A DNA stretch of 64,000 nucleotides from Longimicrobiales bacterium (GTDB lineage: Bacteria; Gemmatimonadota; Gemmatimonadetes; Longimicrobiales; Gaopeijiaceae). Shown here piece after piece: positions 22,724 to 31,750 of the stretch. The position numbers and the translations under genes were made by a program. Below the pieces are notes generated by a model. It did no database searches and was not told the origin of the DNA. It worked only from the letters and a program-made list of their open reading frames with translations. Positions within the stretch are counted from its first letter, which is position 1. Each line of letters starts with the position of its first letter. Where the stretch lies: NCBI GenBank assembly GCA_965218295.1, contig CBDCKN010000003.1:384001-448000 (forward strand). The letters run 5' to 3'.

Positions 22724-23724
22724 AGCCAAGCCATGCGCGACCGAAGCGCATCCCCGACCTTCTCGATGGTGTGGGTCCGCTCCTGCTCCCGCAGGCGCTC
22801 GAACTCGCGACCACCACAGCGGGCCTCTTCGATCCACTTGCGGGCGAAGGCCCCGGACTGGATCTCGTCCAGGATCTCCTTCATGGCGGCTCTGCTGGCG
22901 TCGCCGATGACTCGCCGGCCGCTGACGTAGTCACCGTATTCGGCCGTGTCGCTGATCTCGGCTCGCATCCCCGAGAGCCCTCGGGCGTAGGCCAGGTCGA
23001 CGATGAGCTTCATCTCGTGGAGACACTCGAAGTAGGCGAGCTGGGGATCGTATCCGGCATCCACGAGCGTCTCGAAGCCCGCTTTGACGAGCTCGCTCAG
23101 CCCGCCGCACAGAACCGCCTGCTCTCCGAAGAGGTCCGTCTCGGTCTCGGCGGCGAACGTGGTCTGAAGGACCCCCGCCCGGGTGCAGCCCAGCCCGTCG
23201 GCATAGGCCAGAGCCAGGTCGAGGGCCTTTCCGCTGGCATCGTGGTGGACGCCGATGAGGGCGGGCACTCCTCGCCCGGCCCGATACTCGTCCCTGACCA
23301 TGTCGCCCGGCGACTTGGGCGCCACCAGCACCGTGTCCACGTGCTCCGGCGGTCGGATCTCGCCGTAGTGGATGTTGAAGCCGTGGGCGAAGAGGAGGAC
23401 GTCGCCTTCCGCCAGGTGCGGCTCGACCTCCACGTCATACACCGCCGGCTGCTTCGTGTCGGGCAGCAGGAGGGCCACCGTATCGGCCCATTGGGCCGCC
23501 TCCGCGACCGTCATTACCTCCAGACCCTGCTCGCGCGCGGCATCGGCGGAGGGGCTGCCCTCGTAGAGCCCCACCACAACCGAAACGCCGCTGTCTCGAA
23601 GGTTCAGGGCGTGCGCATGCCCCTGGCTTCCATATCCGACGACAGCCACTCGTCGACTGTCCAGGAGAGCACGGTCGGCATCGGTCGGCTCGAAGAACCT
23701 CGCGTCGAACTTCTCTTCACTCAT
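22720..23724 (-). CDS. ilvC: Ketol-acid reductoisomerase
   Basis: [33 protein letters not shown]. Confidence 0.98.
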   Translation of the reverse strand: MSEEKFDARFFEPTDADRALLDSRRVAVVGYGSQGHAHALNLRDSGVSVVVGLYEGSPSADAAREQGLEVMTVAEAAQWADTVALLLPDTKQPAVYDVEVEPHLAEGDVLLFAHGFNIHYGEIRPPEHVDTVLVAPKSPGDMVRDEYRAGRGVPALIGVHHDASGKALDLALAYADGLGCTRAGVLQTTFAAETETDLFGEQAVLCGGLSELVKAGFETLVDAGYDPQLAYFECLHEMKLIVDLAYARGLSGMRAEISDTAEYGDYVSGRRVIGDASRAAMKEILDEIQSGAFARKWIEEARCGGREFERLREQERTHTIEKVGDALRSRMAWL

Positions 23725-24001
23725 GTCCTCGTCCCTCCACTTGATGGGGTTTCGTGTTCGCTCTTGCGGAGATGAGAAGCTCCCCGGTCCTGGAAGCGCT
23801 CGAGAGCTCCCCGCTGCGGGCGAGCAAACAGGTGGCGTTCAGCAAGTCAAGAGAACCGGTCGAATTCTAAACCACAGAGCCTCCCACGAAGGCCAACATG
23901 CGTAGGGCACGGACGCCGGTTCGCGGCGGCGTGAGCCGTTCGACGCTCACCGTGTCAGGAGGGCGGTGGCCAGCGGGACGGTGTCAGGTGAGAGAGGGTG
24001 G

Positions 24002-24166
24002 TCACGAGGCGCTCAGACGCTCCTCGATTCTGGCGAGGCGCTCCTCGATCTCGCGGAGCTGGTGGATGATCATAACGTGTGTCTTCTTTGCGTCGATTCC
24101 CACCGGGCTAGAGTCGCTGGCGATCTCTTCCTCGATGGCCCGAACCGTTGCCTCGGGGATGTTCAT
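24002..24166 (-). CDS. Small hypothetical protein (54 aa, C-terminal coiled coil)
   Basis: AGGAG RBS; SPVGIDAKKTHVMII...IEERLARIEERL. Confidence 0.7.
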   Translation of the reverse strand: MNIPEATVRAIEEEIASDSSPVGIDAKKTHVMIIHQLREIEERLARIEERLSAS

Positions 24167-24343
24167 GAATAACTCCTGAAGCGAAGCGGGTCCGTGTGAT
24201 GGAACGGGTGTCTCGTCGGGCTCCGGGACCATACGCGGGCGGGCCTCGGCTGTACAGTGTTGGCCCTCCCCTTAGTTGGGCGGTATCGTGTGTTGGGCAT
24301 GCAGTAGCCTGAGTCGAAGTCGTCACGCCATTCTCCCTGGGAG

Positions 24344-24538
24344 ATGCAAATGTCGGGTGCCGCGAAGCTGTTCGTCCTCCTCGCCCTCCTCGCCTTCCTC
24401 CTGGCCATCGTAGCCAGCCTCTGGATGGGCGCCATCATGGGCATCGGTGCTGAGGCGTATTCCCGAGCCTGTACCAACCTCGCGCTCATCGCCATCGCCA
24501 TCGTCATGGTCTTCGAGGAAGAGGGGTCGGCCGGCTAG
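24344..24538 (+). CDS. Small two-TM membrane protein
   Basis: Two hydrophobic stretches; GGGAG near the start. Confidence 0.65.
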   Translation: MQMSGAAKLFVLLALLAFLLAIVASLWMGAIMGIGAEAYSRACTNLALIAIAIVMVFEEEGSAG

Positions 24539-24875
24539 AACCGGCCCAGATCACACCCCGGCCGAGCCCGCAGCAAGCGGCCTGGCCCTCCGGGGTTCAG
24601 AGCCCACGTCCAGAGCCCGTGCGGCGGTTTCTTCAAAAGCCCAGGACGTTGGTCCGGATCTTCGTGAGTCCCTGCTCCCTGGCCCAGAGATCCAACTCCA
24701 CGGTGGCCACCTCGTCGACAAGCCGGCAGGATGACCTGCGATCCGCACACGGTGTGGGGCTCTGCAACGTCACCGGTGCTGCACAAAGGCCTGCCCCGAG
24801 GGTATCATAATCACCGACAACGCCATCGTTCCGCTCAAGGAGCGGGTCGTTGCGGGACGTTCGAAGGATTGATCC

Positions 24876-25379
24876 ATGGAATTCGAGCTGAAGGCCCTCT
24901 CGCCGGACAGTATCGAGGCGGCGAAGGAGAGGGCGGTCCGATACCGGCTACTGAACGAGCCGGCCCTGGCCGAGAGTATCTGTCGCGACGTCCTGTCGGT
25001 CGCGCCGGACGATCGTGAGGCCGGAATCACCCTCCTGCTGGCCCTCACCGACCAGTTCACGTCTCCAAGAGGATCCCGGGTTCGTGAGGCGACCGAGCTC
25101 GTGCAGCACCTCGAGAGCGAATACGACAGGCGCTACTACTCGGGCATGATCTGCGAGCGTCGAGGCCTGGCGTCCCTGGCCCATGCGGGACTCGGCTCGG
25201 GGCCCATCGCCTACGACTGGCTGCGTAGGGCCATGGACCACTACGAGTCGGCCGGCGACGTCGGGCCCGAAGGCAACGAGGAGGCGCTCCTGCGCTGGAA
25301 CACGTGCGCCCGGGTGATCATGCGCGACAGCAACATCCGGCCTCTGCCGGATGAGCGGGTCCATACGATGCTGGAGTAG
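24876..25379 (+). CDS. Conserved hypothetical helical (TPR-like) protein
   Basis: RYRLLNEP..AESIC, YYSGMICERR, LLRWNTCAR; GC3-biased codons; AGGA RBS. Confidence 0.8.
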   Translation: MEFELKALSPDSIEAAKERAVRYRLLNEPALAESICRDVLSVAPDDREAGITLLLALTDQFTSPRGSRVREATELVQHLESEYDRRYYSGMICERRGLASLAHAGLGSGPIAYDWLRRAMDHYESAGDVGPEGNEEALLRWNTCARVIMRDSNIRPLPDERVHTMLE

Positions 25380-25403
25380 CGCCCTCCCTAGCGCATCCGT
25401 ACA

Positions 25404-26048
25404 CTACGCTTCGCCTGCGTTCAGGTGCTGCAGATCGAACATCGCAGCGGCCGCCACGCCGCCCAAGATAGGCCCCACCAAATAGATCCACAGGCTGGCC
25501 AGGGACCCGTCACCGGCGAAGGTATCGACGAGGATCGGGCCCGTTCCCACCGCCGGATTGAAGACGCCGCCCGAAACAGGTCCTACGGCGAAGGCGCCCA
25601 CCATGACCGTGAATCCGATGGCGAGACCATAGAAGGAGTTACCGGCGGTGGCGTCGTCCGTGGCCACGTTCAGGACGACGAGGGCCAGCGCGAACGTGAA
25701 GAGGGCCTCACTGAGAAGTACCGCCACGAGCCCCGCATCGGCTCCGGGCCCAGGTGCGAAGGTGTCACCCATGATGACGCGAACGGCGAGGCTCGCCAGG
25801 ATGGCCCCGAAGATCTGTGCGATGATGTAGGGTACGAGGTCCCGTCCCTCCATCTTGCCCCTCATGAGCACGGCGATGCTCACCGCGGGGTTGTAGTGAG
25901 CACCGGAGATGTGGCCGCCCATGTAAACCATCACCATCAGAGCCGACCCGATGGCCAGAGGAGCGAAGGGCGTCCCGTCCAGCACCGTCAAGCCGATGGT
26001 GAGTACGAGAAAGAAGGTTCCGATGGCTTCGGTCAGGTAACGGCTCAT
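25404..26048 (-). CDS. Aquaporin/MIP family channel
   Basis: HISGAHYNPAVS and GGVFNPAV (two NPA motifs). Confidence 0.96.
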   Translation of the reverse strand: MSRYLTEAIGTFFLVLTIGLTVLDGTPFAPLAIGSALMVMVYMGGHISGAHYNPAVSIAVLMRGKMEGRDLVPYIIAQIFGAILASLAVRVIMGDTFAPGPGADAGLVAVLLSEALFTFALALVVLNVATDDATAGNSFYGLAIGFTVMVGAFAVGPVSGGVFNPAVGTGPILVDTFAGDGSLASLWIYLVGPILGGVAAAAMFDLQHLNAGEA

Positions 26049-26166
26049 GGTACGGATGCTCCATCCACGAGGGGGTGTGCGAGTCTCGTCCGTCCCGGAC
26101 ACGGACTGCGCGGCCGGAATCGAGTGGGCAGTTTGCGCGCCGGCCCGTTGCCCGGCAACCTTCGGC

Positions 26167-28644
26167 ATGAACTCATCGTCTGCAAGCCCTAGCGCGGGCC
26201 TCCGCGTGCTCAAGTTCGGCGGCACGTCGCTCGCCGACGCCGCGCATGTCCGGAGAGTAGCCGCCATCGTGGCGGCACAGTCTGCCAGCAGTCCCACCGT
26301 CGCGGTCGTATCCGCCTTCGAGGGTGTCACCGACGACCTGGCCGAAGCCGCGGCCTGGGCCGAGCAAGGCGATGCCCGCTCCGCCGAGAAGCTGGAGCAG
26401 ATCGGGGAGCGTCACCGAGACGGCGCCGCGGAGCTGGTGTCGGAGGGCGAGCTAGTCGTCGTGACCGAGGCCGTGGAGGCGCTCCTGGATCGGCTGGAGG
26501 AGCTTCTTCAGGGCATTTCCCTCGTCAAGGAGTGCAGTCCGCGCACCAGGGACAGCGTCCTCAGCATCGGCGAGCGCCTCTCGTCGATCCTCGTGGCAGC
26601 GGCCCTCAGGGCCCAGGGGACGGACGCCGCACCGTGCGACGCGGCGAACCTCATCCTGACGGATGCGAATTTCGGGCGTGCATGGGTGGACCTGGAGGCG
26701 AGCCGCTCCCGGGTACGAGAGCACTTCGGACAGTCGGGACCCCTGCAGGTCGTCACGGGCTTCGTAGGCGGTACGGCCGAGGGGGAGACCACCACGCTCG
26801 GGCGAGGCGGATCGGACTACACCGCCACCCTGCTGGGCGCGATGCTGGACGCCGAGGCGGTGGAGATCTGGACCGACGTGAACGGCGTCATGAGCGCGGA
26901 CCCACGCATGGTCCGGGAGGCCTTCTCCCTGAAGAGCCTGAGCTACGACGAGCTCATGGAGCTCTCGCATTGGGGCGCCCGGGTCATGCACCCATCCGCC
27001 GTGCAGCCGGCACGGGAGCAGGACATCCCCATCGTGATCCGCAACACGCTGAATCCCGACTTCCCGGGGACACAGGTGAAGGCCGACCCGGCCCGGGACT
27101 CCGAGTACCCCGTACGCGGCATCGCGTCCATCAACGACATTGCGCTCCTCCGTCTCGAGGGCACGGGTCTCCAGGGCGCCCCCGGGACGGCGCAGCGGCT
27201 CTTTGGCGCGCTTGCCGGTGAGAGGATCAGCGTGATTCTCATCACCCAGGCGTCTAGCGAGCGTTCCATCTGCTTCGCGGTAGAGCCGGGAGAGTCCGCC
27301 CGGGCCGTCGAGCTGATCCATGCCGAGTTCGCCCTCGAGCGCCAGGTGGGCCAGGTGGACGACCTCATCGTCGAGGAGCACTGCTCCGTCCTGGCGGTGG
27401 TGGGAGAAGCCATGCGTGAGACTCCGGGCATCGCCGGCCGCATCTTCGACGTGCTGGGCCACCAACGGGTGAACGTCCGCGCCATCGCTCAGGGCAGCTC
27501 GGAGCTGAACATCTCGCTCGTCGTCACACAGGAGGACGAGGAGCGCGCCCTCCGGGCCATCCACCGGTCCTTCTTCCACCCGCCGGGCCGGAGCGTGCAA
27601 CTCTATGTGACGGGAGTCGGCAGGGTCGGAGCCGCACTGCTGGACCAGCTGAAGGCTCAGGCCCAGAAGCTGCGCCAGGGGGGCGTCGAGATGCGCCTGG
27701 CCGGGGTGGCCCGGAGCAAGAGGGCCGCCATTGATCCCATGGGTCTGGACCTCGGCAGCTGGCGCGAAGTCCTCGAGTCGGGGACCAGCTCGGCATCCGG
27801 CATGCTGGAGCAGGTGCTCGAGTCCGATCATCCCTCCCGAATCTTCGTCGACGCCACGGCCAGCGGGGAGGTGATCGAAGCCTACGAGCCTCTCCTCCAA
27901 GACGGGGTGGCCGTCATCAGCGCCAACAAGCTGGCGTTCTCCAGCTCCATGGAGCGCTTCCAGACGCTGAGAGTCCTGGGCGCCCAGGGGATGGGCATCT
28001 TCTTCGAGACCACGGTCGGGGCAGGCCTTCCCGTTCTGCGGACCATCGAGGACCTGATCTCCACCGGCGACACCATCCAGAGGATCGAGGGGGTTCTCTC
28101 AGGCACCTTGAGCTTCATCTGCGACCGCCTCATGGTGGGCACGCCCTTCAGCGCGGCCCTGCGGGAGGCCGACGAGCGCGGCTTCACCGAGCCCGACCCC
28201 CGGGAAGACCTCGGCGGCCGGGACGTGGCGCGGAAGCTCGTGATCCTGGGACGCATGGCGGGCTTCTCGTTGGAGATGGACGACGTGGAGGTAGAGCCGC
28301 TCCTCCCGGACCAGCCGTGGGTGACGGGGCCGCTAGAAGCCTTCTGGGAGAAGCTTCCCGAGGTAGACGCAGAGTTCAACGAGCGCCGCGCGGCCGCGGT
28401 GGCCGACGACACGGCGCTCGTCTACCTGGGCTCGGTGGAGGACGGCCGAGCCACCGTGCGCATGACGGGCGTGCCAGCCAGCCACGCCTGCAGCGGACTC
28501 TCCAGCAGTGAGAACCTGATAGCCATCACCTCCCGCCGTTATGCGGAAACGCCGCTGGTGGTACGGGGTCCCGGCGCCGGTCCGGAGGTGACGGCCGCCG
28601 GAGTGTTCGCCGACGTCCTCCGGGCTCTGGCGGAATCGTCATGA
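26167..28644 (+). CDS. thrA: Bifunctional aspartokinase/homoserine dehydrogenase I
   Basis: VLKFGGTS, TTLGRGGSDYTA, two ACT domains, ETTVGAGLP, GFTEPDPREDL, GPGAGPEVTA. Confidence 0.97.
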   Translation: MNSSSASPSAGLRVLKFGGTSLADAAHVRRVAAIVAAQSASSPTVAVVSAFEGVTDDLAEAAAWAEQGDARSAEKLEQIGERHRDGAAELVSEGELVVVTEAVEALLDRLEELLQGISLVKECSPRTRDSVLSIGERLSSILVAAALRAQGTDAAPCDAANLILTDANFGRAWVDLEASRSRVREHFGQSGPLQVVTGFVGGTAEGETTTLGRGGSDYTATLLGAMLDAEAVEIWTDVNGVMSADPRMVREAFSLKSLSYDELMELSHWGARVMHPSAVQPAREQDIPIVIRNTLNPDFPGTQVKADPARDSEYPVRGIASINDIALLRLEGTGLQGAPGTAQRLFGALAGERISVILITQASSERSICFAVEPGESARAVELIHAEFALERQVGQVDDLIVEEHCSVLAVVGEAMRETPGIAGRIFDVLGHQRVNVRAIAQGSSELNISLVVTQEDEERALRAIHRSFFHPPGRSVQLYVTGVGRVGAALLDQLKAQAQKLRQGGVEMRLAGVARSKRAAIDPMGLDLGSWREVLESGTSSASGMLEQVLESDHPSRIFVDATASGEVIEAYEPLLQDGVAVISANKLAFSSSMERFQTLRVLGAQGMGIFFETTVGAGLPVLRTIEDLISTGDTIQRIEGVLSGTLSFICDRLMVGTPFSAALREADERGFTEPDPREDLGGRDVARKLVILGRMAGFSLEMDDVEVEPLLPDQPWVTGPLEAFWEKLPEVDAEFNERRAAAVADDTALVYLGSVEDGRATVRMTGVPASHACSGLSSSENLIAITSRRYAETPLVVRGPGAGPEVTAAGVFADVLRALAESS

Positions 28645-29591
28645 GCGACGCGACCGGGGCCCGGGCCTACGCGCCGGCCACCGTGGGAAACGTCATGTGC
28701 GGTTTCGATGTCTTCGGCCTGGCCCTCGAGCGCCCCGGTGACGTGGTCGAGGCCCGGCGGCGCTCCGCGCCCGGGGTGGCGATTGCGGCGATCCACGGCG
28801 ACGGGGGGCGCCTTCCCACCGATCCGGACCAGAACGTCGTGGGCGTGGCCGCGGTAGCCGTGATCGAGGCGGCGGGATTAGAGGGGGTGGGAGTCGAGCT
28901 CGAGGTGTGGAAGGGCCTGCCCCTGTCGGGCGGGATGGGAGGCAGCGCCGCTAGCTCGGTGGCGGCCGTGGTGGCCACGAACGCCCTCCTCGGCGCCGGG
29001 CTGAGCAAGGAGGACCAGCTGCTCTGCACGCTGGAGGGGGAGCGGCGGGCCGCCGGAGTCACCCACTCGGACAACAGCGCCCCTTCCCTTCACGGAGGCA
29101 TCGTCATGGTGCGGCCCGAGCGGCCCGGTGTGGCCATCCCGCTCCCCGTTCCGGACGGCCTCTCGGTAGCGTTGGTCCACCCTTCCTTGGAGCTGGAGAC
29201 GGAGGCGATGCGGCAAGCTCTCCCAAAGGAGGTGCCCCTCGAGCGGGCTGTAGCCCAGTGGGCCAACTGCGCCGCCCTCGTCGTTGGTCTGTACGAGGAG
29301 GACTGGGAGCTCGTGGGCCGAGCGCTGGTGGACGAGATCGCGGCGCCACACCGGACCCCCCACGTGCCCGGATTCAGTGAGGTCTGTTCCGCGGCCCTGG
29401 AGGCGGGCGCGGTAGGTGCGGGCCTGTCCGGATCCGGCCCCTCCATATTCGCGCTCTGTCGGAGCATCGGCGATGCCACCGCCGCGGCGGACGCCATGAC
29501 GCATGCCTTCTCGCACGTGGGGCTGGACGGTGCCGACCGCTACGTATCCCTGGTGGGGAGTGGTGCACGCGTCGTCGAGGACCTCCCTTGA
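28641..29591 (+). CDS. thrB: Homoserine kinase
   Basis: APATVGNVMCGFD, PLSGGMGGSAAS, SGSGPS. Confidence 0.96.
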   Translation: MSDATGARAYAPATVGNVMCGFDVFGLALERPGDVVEARRRSAPGVAIAAIHGDGGRLPTDPDQNVVGVAAVAVIEAAGLEGVGVELEVWKGLPLSGGMGGSAASSVAAVVATNALLGAGLSKEDQLLCTLEGERRAAGVTHSDNSAPSLHGGIVMVRPERPGVAIPLPVPDGLSVALVHPSLELETEAMRQALPKEVPLERAVAQWANCAALVVGLYEEDWELVGRALVDEIAAPHRTPHVPGFSEVCSAALEAGAVGAGLSGSGPSIFALCRSIGDATAAADAMTHAFSHVGLDGADRYVSLVGSGARVVEDLP

Positions 29592-30883
29592 GGCTCCTGA
29601 GCACCAACGGGCGAACTCCCGCCACCGACCTGGGAACCGCGCTGCTGGAAGGACTCGCGCCCGACGGCGGCCTTTACCTGCCCGAACGGTTTACACCCAT
29701 GGCGGACGGGACGCTCGAGGGCCTGCGGGGCCGCTCCTTCTCGGACGTTGCGAGAGAGGTGGCGCGCCACCTCCTGGGCGCCGAAATCACCCCGTCCGAC
29801 GTGGACGCTCTGGTGGAGTCGGCGCTGGACTTTCCCGTGCCCCTCGTGGAGCTGGAGCCGGACGTGTACGTCCTCGAGCTCTTCCACGGACCGACCCTGG
29901 CCTTCAAGGACGTGGGGGCTCGCTTCATGGCGAGACTCCTAGGGCATGTCCGAGAGGAAGACGAAGGGGCGCTCACGGTCCTGGTGGCCACGTCCGGCGA
30001 CACAGGCAGCGCGGTGGCCCACGCGTTCCTTGACGCGGCAGGCGTCCGGACCGTCGTCCTCTTTCCCAGCGGAAAGGTCAGCGCGCTACAGGAGCGGCAG
30101 TTCACAACCCTAGGCGGCAACGTCCGCGCCCTCGAAGTCGACGGCACCTTCGACGATTGCCAGCGGCTGGTGAAAGACGCATTCGCGGACGAGGAGCTCA
30201 GGGCTCAGGTTCGCCTCACCTCGGCCAACTCCATCAATGTCGGCCGTCTTCTTCCGCAGATCTTCTACTACGTCCACGCGTGGGCCCAACTCCCGAAGGG
30301 GCTTCCTCCCATCTTCTCCGTCCCGTCCGGCAACTTCGGGAACCTCACGGGCGGGCTCATCGCGAAGAGGCTGGGGCTCCCGGCCCGCGGATTCGTGGCG
30401 GCGACGAACGTGAACGACACGGTGCCCGAATACCTATGTACCGGGGTGGTAAGGCCCCGGGCCTCCATGCAGACGATATCGAACGCCATGGACGTAGGAG
30501 ACCCGAGCAACCTGGCTCGCATCCTTGCGCTGTACGACGACGACCTGAGCCGCCTCAGCGCCGACGTGGTGGGAAGCGTTCACGACGATCACGAGACCCG
30601 GCGGGCGATCCGTGAGGTCTTCGAGAGGACGGGCTACGTGCTGGATCCCCACTCGGCCGTGGGCTACCTGGGTCTGGAGGCGGGCCGGGTGGCTTTCGGA
30701 GACGGGCCCTCAGTGTCTCTGGCCACGGCCCACCCGGTGAAATTTCGAGAAGCGGTAGAAGCAGAGATCGGAGCACCCGTGCCCGTGCCCGACCGGCTAT
30801 CCGCCTGCTTGAAGGCGGAGCGTCACGTCACTCCGATGGGGGCACGACTCGCGGAGCTTCGGGAGCTGCTGCTGGAGGGATGA
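29588..30883 (+). CDS. thrC: Threonine synthase
   Basis: GLAPDGGL, ELFHGPTLAFKD, ATSGDTG, VPSGNFGN. Confidence 0.97.
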   Translation: MRLLSTNGRTPATDLGTALLEGLAPDGGLYLPERFTPMADGTLEGLRGRSFSDVAREVARHLLGAEITPSDVDALVESALDFPVPLVELEPDVYVLELFHGPTLAFKDVGARFMARLLGHVREEDEGALTVLVATSGDTGSAVAHAFLDAAGVRTVVLFPSGKVSALQERQFTTLGGNVRALEVDGTFDDCQRLVKDAFADEELRAQVRLTSANSINVGRLLPQIFYYVHAWAQLPKGLPPIFSVPSGNFGNLTGGLIAKRLGLPARGFVAATNVNDTVPEYLCTGVVRPRASMQTISNAMDVGDPSNLARILALYDDDLSRLSADVVGSVHDDHETRRAIREVFERTGYVLDPHSAVGYLGLEAGRVAFGDGPSVSLATAHPVKFREAVEAEIGAPVPVPDRLSACLKAERHVTPMGARLAELRELLLEG

Positions 30884-30914
30884 GGCGGGAGCCGGTCCGC
30901 GACCGAAGACGGTA

Positions 30915-31370
30915 CTAAAGATCCGGCGGCACGCTCCAGGTCAACTCCCATCTCCCTTCGCCACCCTCGAGGCAAACGATGCCGGCGTTGGTGAAGCGGA
31001 CGGGAGTCGCCTCTGGCGATCCGGTCAGCAGAAATGCGGCTAGGTGGGCGAGAAACGGCAGATGCCCCACCAGCATGACGGTACCGTCCTCACCGCCCAG
31101 CGCTTCGGCCACCGGCCGGACATCGTCCAGCGGAGCCAATCCCGGCGCCATCCTCACCCCGAGCGCGGGCTGAAGGTGGTCGCCCAGGATCTCGGCGGTC
31201 TCGGCGGCTCTCCGCTTGCCACTATGGCGGATCTCGTCGACTCGGAGGCCCTGCTCCGCGGCCCAGGCTCCCATGCGGGAGACGGTGTCGGCCCCCTCGG
31301 GGCGGAGGGGTCTGTCGGGATTCTCGTCCCTCGACACGGCCACGCCGTGTTGAACGAGGAGAAGCCTCAT
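30915..31370 (-). CDS. sixA: Phosphohistidine phosphatase SixA
   Basis: LVQHG, HSGKRRAAETA, MLVGHLP. Confidence 0.88.
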   Translation of the reverse strand: MRLLLVQHGVAVSRDENPDRPLRPEGADTVSRMGAWAAEQGLRVDEIRHSGKRRAAETAEILGDHLQPALGVRMAPGLAPLDDVRPVAEALGGEDGTVMLVGHLPFLAHLAAFLLTGSPEATPVRFTNAGIVCLEGGEGRWELTWSVPPDL

Positions 31371-31713
31371 TCAGCCTTGCACGGGGGCGTCGAGGTTCCA
31401 GCAATCCGTGGCGCACCGCCAGCACTCATGATGTCCTCCTGGTTGTGGGCTCCACATGGATCCACCGTGCCGGCCGAAATCCCTCTGCACGGAGGGTACT
31501 GCGGGGGGTCGAGCGAGAACGGATTCCAACGTAGAGACCGGTGCAGGGCGGAGCAACGTTTGGCATACTTTGGCCATCCAATAGTCGGACCTCGGAAATC
31601 CGCGTCGCCATTCGGTGTGGAGGTCCCGAAACCGAAGGGATTCCGTTAACGTATCAACCGTAGGATTTGCTGCGAGGCTTCTGCACCGAAGAGGAGTGGA
31701 GAGGCCTCGTTTT

Positions 31714-31734
31714 TCAGTAACTATCAGTAACTAT
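31714..31734 (+). repeat. 10-bp tandem direct repeat (TCAGTAACTA)x2
   Basis: Read directly; AT-rich, just upstream of the 31751 start. Confidence 0.85.
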
Positions 31735-31750
31735 TAGACGGGATGAAACT

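Noticed and set aside
23725..23900. ilv leader peptide (MLAFVGGSVV at 23899, minus strand)
   Set aside because: No RBS, only modest Val/Leu content, and no terminator/antiterminator before ilvC.
24540..24790. Possible gene remnant on the minus strand (LVDEVATVELDLWAREQGLTKIRTNVLGF)
   Set aside because: Protein-like, but I cannot assign a family or boundaries.
26049..26166. thr attenuator
   Set aside because: Short divergent spacer with no Thr/Ile-rich ORF or terminator.
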